Shown here piece by piece: positions 38,469 to 48,685 of a DNA stretch of 64,000 bases. Position 1 is the first letter of the stretch. Each line of letters opens with the position of its first letter. The notes beneath the pieces were generated by a model, which worked only from the letters and a program-made list of their open reading frames with translations, ran no database searches and was not told the origin of the DNA. The stretch comes from an uncultured delta proteobacterium (GTDB lineage: Bacteria; Desulfobacterota; Binatia; Binatales; Binataceae): positions 864,001 to 928,000 of the forward strand of contig CAWCDG010000004.1 in NCBI GenBank assembly GCA_963794325.1. Direction: 5' to 3'. Position numbers and translations under genes: made by a program.

Positions 38469-38508
38469 CGCCCACCGCGCAGGTGATTCTTCTTCTCCGG
38501 TTGATCCT

Positions 38509-39807
38509 CTACGGTTCCAGGCGCTCCATCATTCGCGGGAACGGTACTGTCTCCCTGATGTGATGGATCCCGCAGAGCCAGCCGGTCATGCGTTCGAGGC
38601 CCATGCCGAAGCCGGCGTGCGGGACTGAGCCGTAGCGGCGGAGGTCCAGGTACCATTCGAAGGGCGCCAGTGGCAGGCCGTGCGACGTGATCTTTGCGCG
38701 CAGGGTTTCGTAGTCGTCTTCGCGCTGGCCGCCGCCGATTATTTCGCCGTGGCCTTCCGGCGCCAGCATGTCCACGCATAGCGCGACGTCGGGACGCGTC
38801 GGGTCCTGCTTCATGTAGAAGGCTTTGCAGGCGGTCGGGTAGCGATGCACCATCACGGGGCGATCGAATTCTTCGGACAGTGCGGTTTCCTCGTCGCCGC
38901 CGAAATCGTCGCCCCAGCTTACTGCGACGCCTTTCTTTTTGAGCCGCTCGATAGCTTCGTCGTAGCTGATGCGCGGATAGGGCGTCTTGGCCGACGCTTC
39001 GAGCTTCGATGTGTCCCGCTCGAGCGTCTTCAGCTCCGCGCCGCGCCGTTCGAGCACACGTCCTACTATGTACGATACGAACTGTTCTGCGAGTTCCATG
39101 TCGCCGTCGAGGTCGCAGTACGCCATCTCAGGCTCGACCATCCAGAATTCAGTGAGATGCCGCCGCGTTTTGGACTTCTCGGCGCGAAACGTCGGGCCGA
39201 AGCAATACACCTTGCCGAACGCGAGCGCGCCCGCCTCCGCGTAGAGTTGTCCGCTCTGCGTCAGGTACGCTTTGCGCTCGCCGAAATAGTCGAGCTCGAA
39301 CAGGTTGGTGGTGCCCTCGCATGAAGTCGGAGTCAGAATCGGCGCGTCGAACAGGACAAAGCCGCGCTCATGAAAAAAATCGCGGCACGCCGACGCCACC
39401 TCGCTGCGGATGCGCAGAATCGCATGCTGGCGCGACGATCGAATCCACAGATGGCGGTTGTCGAGCAGGAACGCGACGCCGTGATCCTTGGGCGTGATCG
39501 GATAGTCGGTCGCCGGCGACACGATCGCGATCGATTTCATCGTCAGCTCGAAGCCACCGGGCGCGCGCTTGTCCTCGCGCACGATACCGGTCACTTCAAG
39601 CGAAGTTTCCTGCCCCATGTGATCGGCCGCCGCAAAACTCTCCGCGCCGAGATCGGCCAGCGACGCCACGCACTGGCATATTCCCGTCCCGTCGCGCACC
39701 TGCAGAAAATGAATCTTGCCGCTCGAGCGCTTGCCCGCGAGCCATCCCTTGAGCGTGACTTCGTTTCCGACGTGCTTCGACAGTTCTTCGATATAAACTC
39801 GCGCCAT
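38509..39807 (-). CDS. asnS: Asparagine--tRNA ligase
   Basis: [64 protein letters not shown]. Confidence 0.95.
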   Translation of the reverse strand: MARVYIEELSKHVGNEVTLKGWLAGKRSSGKIHFLQVRDGTGICQCVASLADLGAESFAAADHMGQETSLEVTGIVREDKRAPGGFELTMKSIAIVSPATDYPITPKDHGVAFLLDNRHLWIRSSRQHAILRIRSEVASACRDFFHERGFVLFDAPILTPTSCEGTTNLFELDYFGERKAYLTQSGQLYAEAGALAFGKVYCFGPTFRAEKSKTRRHLTEFWMVEPEMAYCDLDGDMELAEQFVSYIVGRVLERRGAELKTLERDTSKLEASAKTPYPRISYDEAIERLKKKGVAVSWGDDFGGDEETALSEEFDRPVMVHRYPTACKAFYMKQDPTRPDVALCVDMLAPEGHGEIIGGGQREDDYETLRAKITSHGLPLAPFEWYLDLRRYGSVPHAGFGMGLERMTGWLCGIHHIRETVPFPRMMERLEP

Positions 39808-39960
39808 GTGTCCATTTAAGCATATCGCCGAGCAAGTGCAGCAGAGTGAATAACGATCGGCCAGCCGGCAACGCAGCGTGCAATGCGAATAGCCGGAGGC
39901 GCGTTTCGATTGACGCTCCGCCACCAACGTGACATAAGCGGCGGCGGGGAGGAAATAATC

Positions 39961-40389
39961 ATGAGTAGATCGAGTTTTCTTGTGAGGGTAGCGGTGTGTT
40001 CGGCGATTTTGGTGGGTCTGTTCGCTAATTCGCCTTCAGCAGAGGCGGGTAACTGCGAATCCAAGCTGGTGAATCACTCTTACAATTGCGTCTTCAAGGA
40101 TAATGATTTTCCGCCGTTTCCCGAGTGCTGGGACCTTTTCACCGGGGGCGTATCCCAGTATTTCGATATGTATAATGGCGACGAATACGGCTGCGGATGT
40201 GATGCAAAGGGTTCTCCCAACTCGCCGTCGTTCAACAATTCTCCGAACACCTTCGAGTGCTCTGACGAGTTTGCGCCTTACTCGTTCATGGGAAAAATAA
40301 ACGGCAAGAAGCTTTCCGTTCAGGGAATTGGAGCGGACGGCGAGCAATATGTCGGCACCTGCACGCTCAGAACTTCGCCTTGCCTTTGA
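39961..40389 (+). CDS. Secreted Cys-rich hypothetical protein
   Basis: GGAGG SD, signal peptide ending AEA, 8 Cys in the mature part. Confidence 0.75.
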   Translation: MSRSSFLVRVAVCSAILVGLFANSPSAEAGNCESKLVNHSYNCVFKDNDFPPFPECWDLFTGGVSQYFDMYNGDEYGCGCDAKGSPNSPSFNNSPNTFECSDEFAPYSFMGKINGKKLSVQGIGADGEQYVGTCTLRTSPCL

Positions 40390-40404
40390 TGTGAATTGTG
40401 TCTG

Positions 40405-40428
40405 CCGCGCGGAGGAGACTCCGCGCGG
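40405..40428. terminator. GC hairpin, possible terminator
   Basis: CCGCGCGGAG-gaga-CTCCGCGCGG just after the stop codon; no U-tract on the + strand. Confidence 0.4.
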
Positions 40429-40523
40429 AAAATACTTCGGTCACTGGTCATCGCCGACATCAAGCCCAGGCGCGTCGCGCGCTTTGCGTTCATCAGCTAA
40501 CCTCGTGAACGGGAGGGGCGGGG

Positions 40524-41120
40524 ATGAACGGGCTGAACGGGCTCGATTACGCGGCGATCGTGCTGTTCGCGATCGGCGCGATCTACGGACTGCAACGCGG
40601 CGCACTCAGAATGGTGACGTCGGTGGTGTCGCTGGCGGCGGCGGTCTATTTCGCGTCGCTCTACTACACCAAGGCCGGCGCGTTCGCGGAGTCGCAGCTC
40701 GGATCGTCGCATACGGTCGGCGCGGTGATCGGCTACGTCGCAGTCTTCGCTTTGATCTTCAGCGCGGTCGAAATTATCGGCTCGTCGGCGATCCGCTTGA
40801 TGCAGATCGTTCACCTGAGTCCGCTCGATCGACTAGCCGGCGCCCTGCTCGGCGCAGGAATCGCGGCCGTGTTTGCGGGATTGGCCGTGATGCTGCTGGC
40901 GGCAGTGTTGCCGCCCGACGCTGCGATTCTGCGCAACTCGCAGCTGGTGCCGATGCTGCTCGCTTACAACGAGATGCTGGTGGGATACATCCCGGGCGAC
41001 GCCAAGCTCGCCTACGAGCGCAATCGCGACGACCTGATGAAATACTGGGTCCAGAATGCGACGAAGGGCGCGAACTCAGCGCCGTCTCCGGCTGCGTCGT
41101 CCTCACCCTCCGCAAAGTGA
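40524..41120 (+). CDS. CvpA family membrane protein
   Basis: LDYAAIV...GLQRGALR...LSPLDRLAGALLG. Confidence 0.85.
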   Translation: MNGLNGLDYAAIVLFAIGAIYGLQRGALRMVTSVVSLAAAVYFASLYYTKAGAFAESQLGSSHTVGAVIGYVAVFALIFSAVEIIGSSAIRLMQIVHLSPLDRLAGALLGAGIAAVFAGLAVMLLAAVLPPDAAILRNSQLVPMLLAYNEMLVGYIPGDAKLAYERNRDDLMKYWVQNATKGANSAPSPAASSSPSAK

Positions 41121-41140
41121 TGTTTTCGGATTTCCAGAAG

Positions 41141-41479
41141 TTACAAGATGTTGAGGATACCCGTGCGACGATGCGTGGCGAGGACTTTGCGGGAGGCTTT
41201 TCTCAGGCGCTCGTTCGAGTCGTGCTGAAACTTCTCGAGTACGCCAAGGATACGCGTCTCATAGATCCTTGGAGACCCATCGCAGAGCACGTGAAGGATC
41301 CAGCGCCGAACGTACGGATCAGAGTCGTCGGCCATCTCCAGAAACCGATCCCAAATCTGCGAATCGTGAACCTTAACTTCGCACGGACACAAAGCCTGAA
41401 TCGCCTTGAGGCGTAGCTTGGAATCATGGTCCCTGCTCAATTCGAGCAGGCGCGGGATTTCTGAGCGCTGAGTACGCAT
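41141..41479 (-). CDS. Small HEAT-repeat-like protein with CPC and CDGSP motifs
   Basis: DxDxxVR-type helical repeats (DHDSKLR, DSDPYVR, DSNERLR). Confidence 0.7.
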   Translation of the reverse strand: MRTQRSEIPRLLELSRDHDSKLRLKAIQALCPCEVKVHDSQIWDRFLEMADDSDPYVRRWILHVLCDGSPRIYETRILGVLEKFQHDSNERLRKASRKVLATHRRTGILNIL

Positions 41480-41484
41480 CTTGC

Positions 41485-41563
41485 TGTCACCCTGAAGCGA
41501 AGCGGTAGGGTCCCGCAGCCCACAGAGTCCGGGATTCTACTGCCTGCGGCCTTCAGAATGACA
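41485..41563. repeat. TGTCA...TGACA-bounded palindromic element (R6)
   Basis: TGTCACCCTGAAGCGAAGCG...CTTCAGAATGACA imperfect inverted repeat; resembles the widespread TGTCATCCTGAGCGAAGCG intergenic repeats. Confidence 0.6.
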
Positions 41564-41613
41564 GATAGTGAGGTGCGAAGCTTACTGTAAATGGAATCTA
41601 ATGAGTGCCGCGC

Positions 41614-41946
41614 TTACGCGATAGCGCTGTCGACTGCCTGCACCAGCCGGCCCTTCGGCACCGCACCGATTATCTGTTCCTTGACCTGGCCGCCCTTGAT
41701 GATGAGCAGGTTCGGAATGCCGCGAACGCCATAACGGCCGGGAGTCTGCGGATTATCGTCGACGTTGATCTTCGCGATCTTCAGACGGCCGTCATATTCG
41801 CCCGCCAGGTCGTCGAGGATAGGCGCGATCGCGCGGCACGGTCCGCACCATGGAGCCCAGAAATCAACCAATACCGGAGTCGACGACTTCAGAACTTCCT
41901 GGTCGAAGCTCGCGTCGGTAACATGAACGATCTTATCGCTGGACAT
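41614..41946 (-). CDS. trxA: Thioredoxin
   Basis: VDFWAPWCGPC, GIP. Confidence 0.96.
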   Translation of the reverse strand: MSSDKIVHVTDASFDQEVLKSSTPVLVDFWAPWCGPCRAIAPILDDLAGEYDGRLKIAKINVDDNPQTPGRYGVRGIPNLLIIKGGQVKEQIIGAVPKGRLVQAVDSAIA

Positions 41947-42017
41947 CTAATGCTGGTCTCCTGTGCTCGCGGTCGCAGTTTCAACATAAGTACGGCCGGG
42001 TACACAGTCAAGGTAGC

Positions 42018-42359
42018 TCACTTCTTGCGAATCGTGACCGCGGTGCCGTAGGCCGCAATCTCGCTCATCAGGTTCGCGATTTCGTTGCAATCGAAACGCA
42101 TCGCGACCACTGCGTTGGCGCCCTTTTCCGACGCGGCTAGTCGCAGCCGCTCGATCGCATGATTGCGGCTGTCACTCAGCAGAGTCGTATACCCGCCGAC
42201 TTCGCCGCCGACCAGAGTGCGCAAGCTCGCGCCGAAGTTTGAGAAGACATTGCGCGCGCGCACAATGAGTCCGAACACTTCGCCATACACCGCGACGATC
42301 TCAAAGCCGGGCACGTCGTTCATCGTGGTGACCAAAATTTTGTCGAGTTCTTCGTCCAT
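42018..42359 (-). CDS. YbjQ (UPF0145) family protein
   Basis: VTTMNDVPG...LVGGEVGGYT...GANAVVAMRFD...AYGTAV. Confidence 0.9.
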   Translation of the reverse strand: MDEELDKILVTTMNDVPGFEIVAVYGEVFGLIVRARNVFSNFGASLRTLVGGEVGGYTTLLSDSRNHAIERLRLAASEKGANAVVAMRFDCNEIANLMSEIAAYGTAVTIRKK

Positions 42360-42462
42360 AGCGCGACGATACCGCCGCGCGGTTGCCGGCGCCAATCGTG
42401 CGCGCGGGATTTGCACTTGATCGGCGCGCCGAATCCACTACCCTGAGAAACGACGAAACACC

Positions 42463-42783
42463 ATGCCTGCGCCGATGATGAATGACGTGTTGCCCGACCT
42501 GCTCGAGGAGATGGTTTATCTGCTCAAGCAGCAGGGCGCTGATCCGCTGGAATCGAAACTGCGCGCGGCGCGAATCGAGTCGGTGTGCGATTGCGGCGAC
42601 GAGAATTGTGCGAGCTTCGCGACCGCCGCCGAAGTGAAGGTCGCCAACTACGTCGAGCTGCAATCGATGGAAGGCCAGGTGATCATCGATCTGAACGCCA
42701 ACGACGAGATCTGCTTCATCGAGGTGCTCGGCCGGCCCGACGTGAAGTATCTGCTCGAGGAATATTACGACGCGTCACGCTGA
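42463..42783 (+). CDS. Hypothetical acidic protein with CxCx4C motif
   Basis: CDCGDENCASF; host-like codon usage. Confidence 0.75.
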   Translation: MPAPMMNDVLPDLLEEMVYLLKQQGADPLESKLRAARIESVCDCGDENCASFATAAEVKVANYVELQSMEGQVIIDLNANDEICFIEVLGRPDVKYLLEEYYDASR

Positions 42784-42800
42784 GCGCGCTCAAAAATTTT

Positions 42801-43634
42801 CTAGCCGGCCGCGCGCTTCTGCGGCTCGACGCGAAAGCGCTCGACGAATTCCGCGACCTCATCGACCACCCGCTCTTTCTCACTATCCACGGTAATCACG
42901 TGGTAGCTCTCTTCGAGCTCGACCGCGCGCTTCTCGGCGCTGCCAAGATGCTTCATCACATAGTCGACATTTTTTCGCATCGGGCAGGTGTGATCACGCC
43001 GCGCATGCATCACGAGAGCGGGCTGCGTGATACGCGGCAGCATCGGCCTGACGACCGCGGACAAATCGAGCAGCCTCATCGGCGCCGTCAACGGCATCAG
43101 GCGGCAATTGGGATGGATCGATCGCGCGGCGGCGTCGTGAATATCAGACGCGCCCGGATTGTGCAGGTAGATTCTCTCAGTGATCGAACCCAAGACTCCG
43201 CGCAATCCGCGCAGCGCGACGCTGGTCGAGGCCGGCAGAAAAAATGCCGGCGCAAGCATCGCGAGCCCCGCGACCGATTCGCCCTGATCCGCCGCGAGCC
43301 GCGCCGACAACACCGCGCCCATCGATAGTCCGACCGCCACGATCGGCTCTGCGTATTGCCGCAGCTCTTCGAGTCCGTTGACGACGCTTTCGTACCAGTT
43401 GTCGTAGCCGGCCGCGCCCAGCTCTTCGGGCAGTCCGGCATGACCCGCCAGCTTGACGCCGCGCACGCGCACGCCGCGCGCCGCCAGCTGCTCGCCGAGA
43501 TAGCGCATTTCGTATGGAGTCCCGGTCAGTCCATGAATCAGCAGCGCGCTGATGCCCGCGCCGGGGAAGAAAAATTCGTTGGTGTCGACGCCCGCTGAAT
43601 TGCGCGATGGAGGCTCGTCCGAATCGGATTTCAT
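42801..43634 (-). CDS. Carboxylesterase (Est30/YvaK-like alpha/beta hydrolase)
   Basis: LIHGLTGTP, GLSMGA, RDHT, SYHVITVD. Confidence 0.9.
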   Translation of the reverse strand: MKSDSDEPPSRNSAGVDTNEFFFPGAGISALLIHGLTGTPYEMRYLGEQLAARGVRVRGVKLAGHAGLPEELGAAGYDNWYESVVNGLEELRQYAEPIVAVGLSMGAVLSARLAADQGESVAGLAMLAPAFFLPASTSVALRGLRGVLGSITERIYLHNPGASDIHDAAARSIHPNCRLMPLTAPMRLLDLSAVVRPMLPRITQPALVMHARRDHTCPMRKNVDYVMKHLGSAEKRAVELEESYHVITVDSEKERVVDEVAEFVERFRVEPQKRAAG

Positions 43635-43660
43635 ATTTTTAATTGTGCCGCGCGCTCCTT

Positions 43661-45580
43661 TTAGGTTGACGACCCGCCGGCGGCGAGCTGATCGCTGTCG
43701 ATTTGTATCTTGGCCTGATCCTTGAGCTGATCGAGGAAGCGAGTCCATGTCTGCGCGCGCCGTTGCTGGACGTATTCCTGAATGAAATCTTTCTGCGCCG
43801 TCTTCCAATCGGCGTCGGTCGGCTCCGCGCGCGAAGTGACTTCGAACAGATACGAGTTGCCGCCATGCTCCATCACGCGTTCGATGACGCCCGGAATCGC
43901 CGGCACAGCCGCGGCTGCGTCGGTCACCTCGGGAAACTCGCCGATACCCTCGACACTGTGATCGGCGCGCACCAGCGGATCGACATTTTTAATCGCGAGT
44001 TTGTTCGATGCTGCCGCCTTGTCGAAGTCCGCGGGAGTCTTGATAGTCGCGAGAATCTTCTGCGCCTGGTGGCTGGCTTGCGCCTGCGAGGTCGTGCGAA
44101 TGACCGCGTCACGCACCTGTGTCTCGATCTCCTTCAACGGCGGAATCCGCGACGGCTGTCGCGCGACTAGCTTGATGATGTAAGGCGCGCCCTTCTCCGG
44201 CACCAGCGCGACCTGCCCCGCTTGGAGTTTGAACGCCTGCTCGATCAGTTCGCGATCCTGCCCGATCCCGCTGATAGGCTCACCCTGCGCGAACAGCGGA
44301 GTCTGGACCGCGTCGATTCCGCGCTTCTTCGCCAGGTCCTCGAGCGAGCCGCCCGCCAGCGCCGACCCGAGATCCTCCTGCGCCGCCTCGCGCCCGAGCT
44401 TCGCTCCAGCTTGCGTGCGCAGTTCTTCGACGATCTTCGGCTTCGCCTCGGCCAGCGTATCAGTATGCGCCGGATTGGACGCTTCGAGCTTCACCACATG
44501 AAAGCCGAAGTGCGTCTCGACGATCTCGATCTGTCCCGGCTTCATCGCGAACACTGCGTCCTCGAACGGCTTGACCATCTGGCCGCGGCCGAACGTGCCG
44601 AGGTCGCCGCCCTCGAGCTTGTTGGACGTATCGTCAGAATACTTCGCCGCCAGTTTTGCGAAGTCAGCGCCCTTTGCTTGCGCCTGCTTCAGTACGTCTT
44701 CGGCCTTGGCCTTAGCGACCGCCTTTTCCTTGTCGGACGCACCAGCGGGCACCGAGATCAGGATATGCCGCGCGTGAACTTCGTCGGGATGCGCGAAGCG
44801 CTGTTTCGCGTTGCGCTTGTAGTAGTCCTCGACTTCCTTGTCCGACGGCGTATATTTCGCCGCCAGCACCAGCGGATCGTAATGCACGTAGGTCAGTTTG
44901 ATCCGATCGGGCTCGCGGAACTGCTCGGCGTTCTTTTTGTAGTAGTCGGCGATCTGAGCCTCGGTCGGCGAAATCTTTGCGGCGAAATCGGCCGCGGCCA
45001 GCTCCATGTAGCGCAGTCCGATCTTTTCGTTGGCAAGATTGTAGGCGTGGCGCGCTTCGTCGTCGCTCACCTGCACGCCGTTGTCGATCATGTTGCGCAG
45101 CGTGTCCGCAATCATCTGATCGCGCTCGTCGTTTTCGTATTCAGCCGGCAGCAGATTGTTCGCACGCAGAACGTCCTGGTAAGTATCGAAGTCGAACTGG
45201 CCGTCGTGCTGAAATACCGGCTCCTTGGCGATTTTATCCTGCAACGCCACGTCGCTGATGCTGATGCCGAGATGACGCGCCTCTTCGCCGATCAGTTGGC
45301 CTTCGATCAGCCGCTCGACCGCCTCCTGGCGAATGTTGATGTTCTTGAGGACGGCCTGCGCGTTGGCGCCGTACATCTGCTGGAGGGTCGCGCGCAGTTG
45401 ATTGGCCTCGCGATCAACCTGATCGCCAAGAATCTGCCGGCCGTCAACCGTCGCAATCGGATGAACGGTGTTGAACAGTCCACCACCGCCGAAGCCCCAA
45501 AAGGCCATGGTTAGCGCGAGGAAGGCGAACGTGATTTGCACTTGCCACGAGTATTGGTAACGTCGAATTCCTTCTAACAT
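43661..45580 (-). CDS. ppiD: PpiD-like periplasmic chaperone/peptidyl-prolyl isomerase
   Basis: N-terminal TM anchor, SurA_N domain, parvulin motifs HARHILI...GGDLG...MVKPFE...FGFHVVKL; divergent from mreB. Confidence 0.85.
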   Translation of the reverse strand: MLEGIRRYQYSWQVQITFAFLALTMAFWGFGGGGLFNTVHPIATVDGRQILGDQVDREANQLRATLQQMYGANAQAVLKNINIRQEAVERLIEGQLIGEEARHLGISISDVALQDKIAKEPVFQHDGQFDFDTYQDVLRANNLLPAEYENDERDQMIADTLRNMIDNGVQVSDDEARHAYNLANEKIGLRYMELAAADFAAKISPTEAQIADYYKKNAEQFREPDRIKLTYVHYDPLVLAAKYTPSDKEVEDYYKRNAKQRFAHPDEVHARHILISVPAGASDKEKAVAKAKAEDVLKQAQAKGADFAKLAAKYSDDTSNKLEGGDLGTFGRGQMVKPFEDAVFAMKPGQIEIVETHFGFHVVKLEASNPAHTDTLAEAKPKIVEELRTQAGAKLGREAAQEDLGSALAGGSLEDLAKKRGIDAVQTPLFAQGEPISGIGQDRELIEQAFKLQAGQVALVPEKGAPYIIKLVARQPSRIPPLKEIETQVRDAVIRTTSQAQASHQAQKILATIKTPADFDKAAASNKLAIKNVDPLVRADHSVEGIGEFPEVTDAAAAVPAIPGVIERVMEHGGNSYLFEVTSRAEPTDADWKTAQKDFIQEYVQQRRAQTWTRFLDQLKDQAKIQIDSDQLAAGGSST

Positions 45581-45683
45581 TGAATCCGCATCATACTTTA
45601 CTGTCTTTTCGGTGCGCAATTGCACCCGGTTGCTTGCCTGCGCCTCCGGTCCTTGTTAGCCTGTCGCCCAGCGGTAAGTTTGA

Positions 45684-46844
<1,161 letters not shown>

Positions 46845-46869
46845 CCAGAAATCGCGCAGCGCTCCCCAT

Positions 46870-47072
46870 TCCGGTCTCCCTTCCCGCTCGGGAAGGGGTT
46901 ACCCTCCGCAATCCGGTTCCCCTTCCCGCTCGGGAAGGGGTTAGGGGTTAGATTCTTGGCATCATCCACAATGTTCGCAGTGGCTAACAACTTCAGTTCC
47001 CCTTCCCAGTATGAGAAGGACTCCTCTGCATCCGGTTCCCCTTCCCGCTATGGGAAGGGGTTAGGGGTTAGG
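46870..47072. repeat. Array of four R1 hairpins (two tandem dimers) with GGGGTTAGGGGTTAG tails
   Basis: Units at about 46870, 46911, 46996 (degenerate) and 47030. Confidence 0.85.
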
Positions 47073-47107
47073 TACTCATCTACATTCATCCCCCTCGAGA
47101 ACCCCAG

Positions 47108-47956
47108 ATGAAAAGCACCTTTCTCTGGCGCAACCGCGTCCTCCTGACCAGCGGCCTTCTGCTTATCCTGTCGCTTCATCTGATCTCGACCGGCGTCCAT
47201 CCCGGCGATCTGGCCGCCGGTCCACAGTCCGTAATTCTGGAAATCGTCAGCCCTATCACCGGCGCGTTCACCCATCTGAGCGACGGCGCGTCGTCGATTA
47301 CCCGCGACTACTTCGAGCTGGTCCACGTGCGCGAGGAGAATGCGCATCTGCGCGACGATCTGGCGAAGGTCAAGAGCGATCAGGCGCGGCTGGCCGAGCT
47401 CGAGGTCGAAAATCAGCATCTTGCGCAGCTGCTCGCGCTCAAGGATGCACTGGGCAGCAACGCGATCGCCGCCAACGTGATTGGCAGCGATGCCAACGGT
47501 ATCTCGCGCACGCTGGTGCTCAGCTCGGGTTCGGACAACGGACTTCATCCCGGGATGGCGGTGCTCGCCAATCAGGGCGTCGTCGGCAAAATTATCGCCG
47601 TCAGTCCGAACGCGTCGCGCGTGCTGCTGATCGACGACCACAACAGTGCGCTCGATGGTTTCGATCAACGCTCACGCGCGCGCGGAATCGTCGCCGGGAT
47701 GGTCGATGACGGAGTAATCCTGAAGTACGCCGATCGCTCGCAGGATATCCGCGCCGGCGACACGATCGTGACCTCGGGCCTCGACGGAATTTTCCCGCGC
47801 GGCTTGCTGGTCGGCACTATTCAAAGTGTCCATCGCGAAGGTCCCGGACTTTTCCTCGGCGTGCGGATCGCACCGGCGGTCGATTTTCGCGAGCTCGAGC
47901 AGGTGCTGATCCTGACCCAGCCGCCGCCCCATCTCGAAGACCAGGCCAAGGACTGA
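47108..47956 (+). CDS. mreC: Rod shape-determining protein MreC
   Basis: TM segment, coiled coil, GDTIVTSGLDGIFPRGL. Confidence 0.94.
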   Translation: MKSTFLWRNRVLLTSGLLLILSLHLISTGVHPGDLAAGPQSVILEIVSPITGAFTHLSDGASSITRDYFELVHVREENAHLRDDLAKVKSDQARLAELEVENQHLAQLLALKDALGSNAIAANVIGSDANGISRTLVLSSGSDNGLHPGMAVLANQGVVGKIIAVSPNASRVLLIDDHNSALDGFDQRSRARGIVAGMVDDGVILKYADRSQDIRAGDTIVTSGLDGIFPRGLLVGTIQSVHREGPGLFLGVRIAPAVDFRELEQVLILTQPPPHLEDQAKD

Positions 47957-47961
47957 CCCGG

Positions 47962-48486
47962 TTGCGCCTCATCCTGTTGTTCGCGGTCTTCGTGGTTTTG
48001 GGATTGGCGCTTGAATCCGCGGGCGCGCGCCTCATTTCGTTTCGCTCGCTGATTCCAAACCTGATCATAATACTCGCCGTCGATCTCGGCCTGCGCCATC
48101 ACGGAGTCCTGCCCGCGATACTCGCATTCGCGATGGGCTATGCGACCGACGCGCTGGCCGGATCGCACCCGGGCCTCAACGCCTTCATGACCACGATGGT
48201 CTTCCTGGTGAGCTACGAAATCTCGACGCGCCTGATGACCGCAAACGCCGGCGTCGGCGCGACAGTAGTCTTCTTCGGCGTGATCGCGACAACCCTCGGC
48301 ACTATCGCCATAGCCAACGGATTCGACGCCCTCTCCAGCAGCGGCCCACTAGTCCCCGGCCTACTCCTGCAAGCCCTAATCACCGCAATAATCGCCCCCT
48401 TCATCTTCTCAATCCTGGCCGCCACCAAACGCCTAACCGGCTTGCCCGTAGGAACAGCGCGCGACAACCGCACCCGTGAGCGTTGA
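47962..48486 (+). CDS. mreD: Rod shape-determining protein MreD
   Basis: Hydrophobic protein with PNL and GYATD motifs; lies between mreC and mrdA. Confidence 0.88.
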   Translation: MRLILLFAVFVVLGLALESAGARLISFRSLIPNLIIILAVDLGLRHHGVLPAILAFAMGYATDALAGSHPGLNAFMTTMVFLVSYEISTRLMTANAGVGATVVFFGVIATTLGTIAIANGFDALSSSGPLVPGLLLQALITAIIAPFIFSILAATKRLTGLPVGTARDNRTRER

Positions 48487-48492
48487 TTCTGA

Positions 48493-48616
48493 CAGTAGGA
48501 CGGAATTTATTCCGTCGTCCTCGTTTCTGTCCGTCGCCCTCTTCTCCTGGTCGTCTCGTTTTCCTTTGACGGAATAAATTCTCGTTTTTCTTGACGGAAT
48601 AAATTCCGTCCTACTG
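48493..48616. repeat. GTAG-type REP doublet (REPIN-like), R3
   Basis: GTAGGACGGAATTTATTCCGTC ... GACGGAATAAATTCCGTCCTAC, plus an internal partial copy at 48568-48581. Confidence 0.85.
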
Positions 48617-48685
48617 CTCGGCGAGCGCGGGATTGCCTGCTAGAATGCCTCGCGAATACATTGTAGGGTCAGTCGGGAACCATCA

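Noticed and set aside
46870-47072. Possible CRISPR array
   Set aside because: Only four hairpin units with irregular, partly duplicated spacers; the same unit is dispersed elsewhere; no cas genes.
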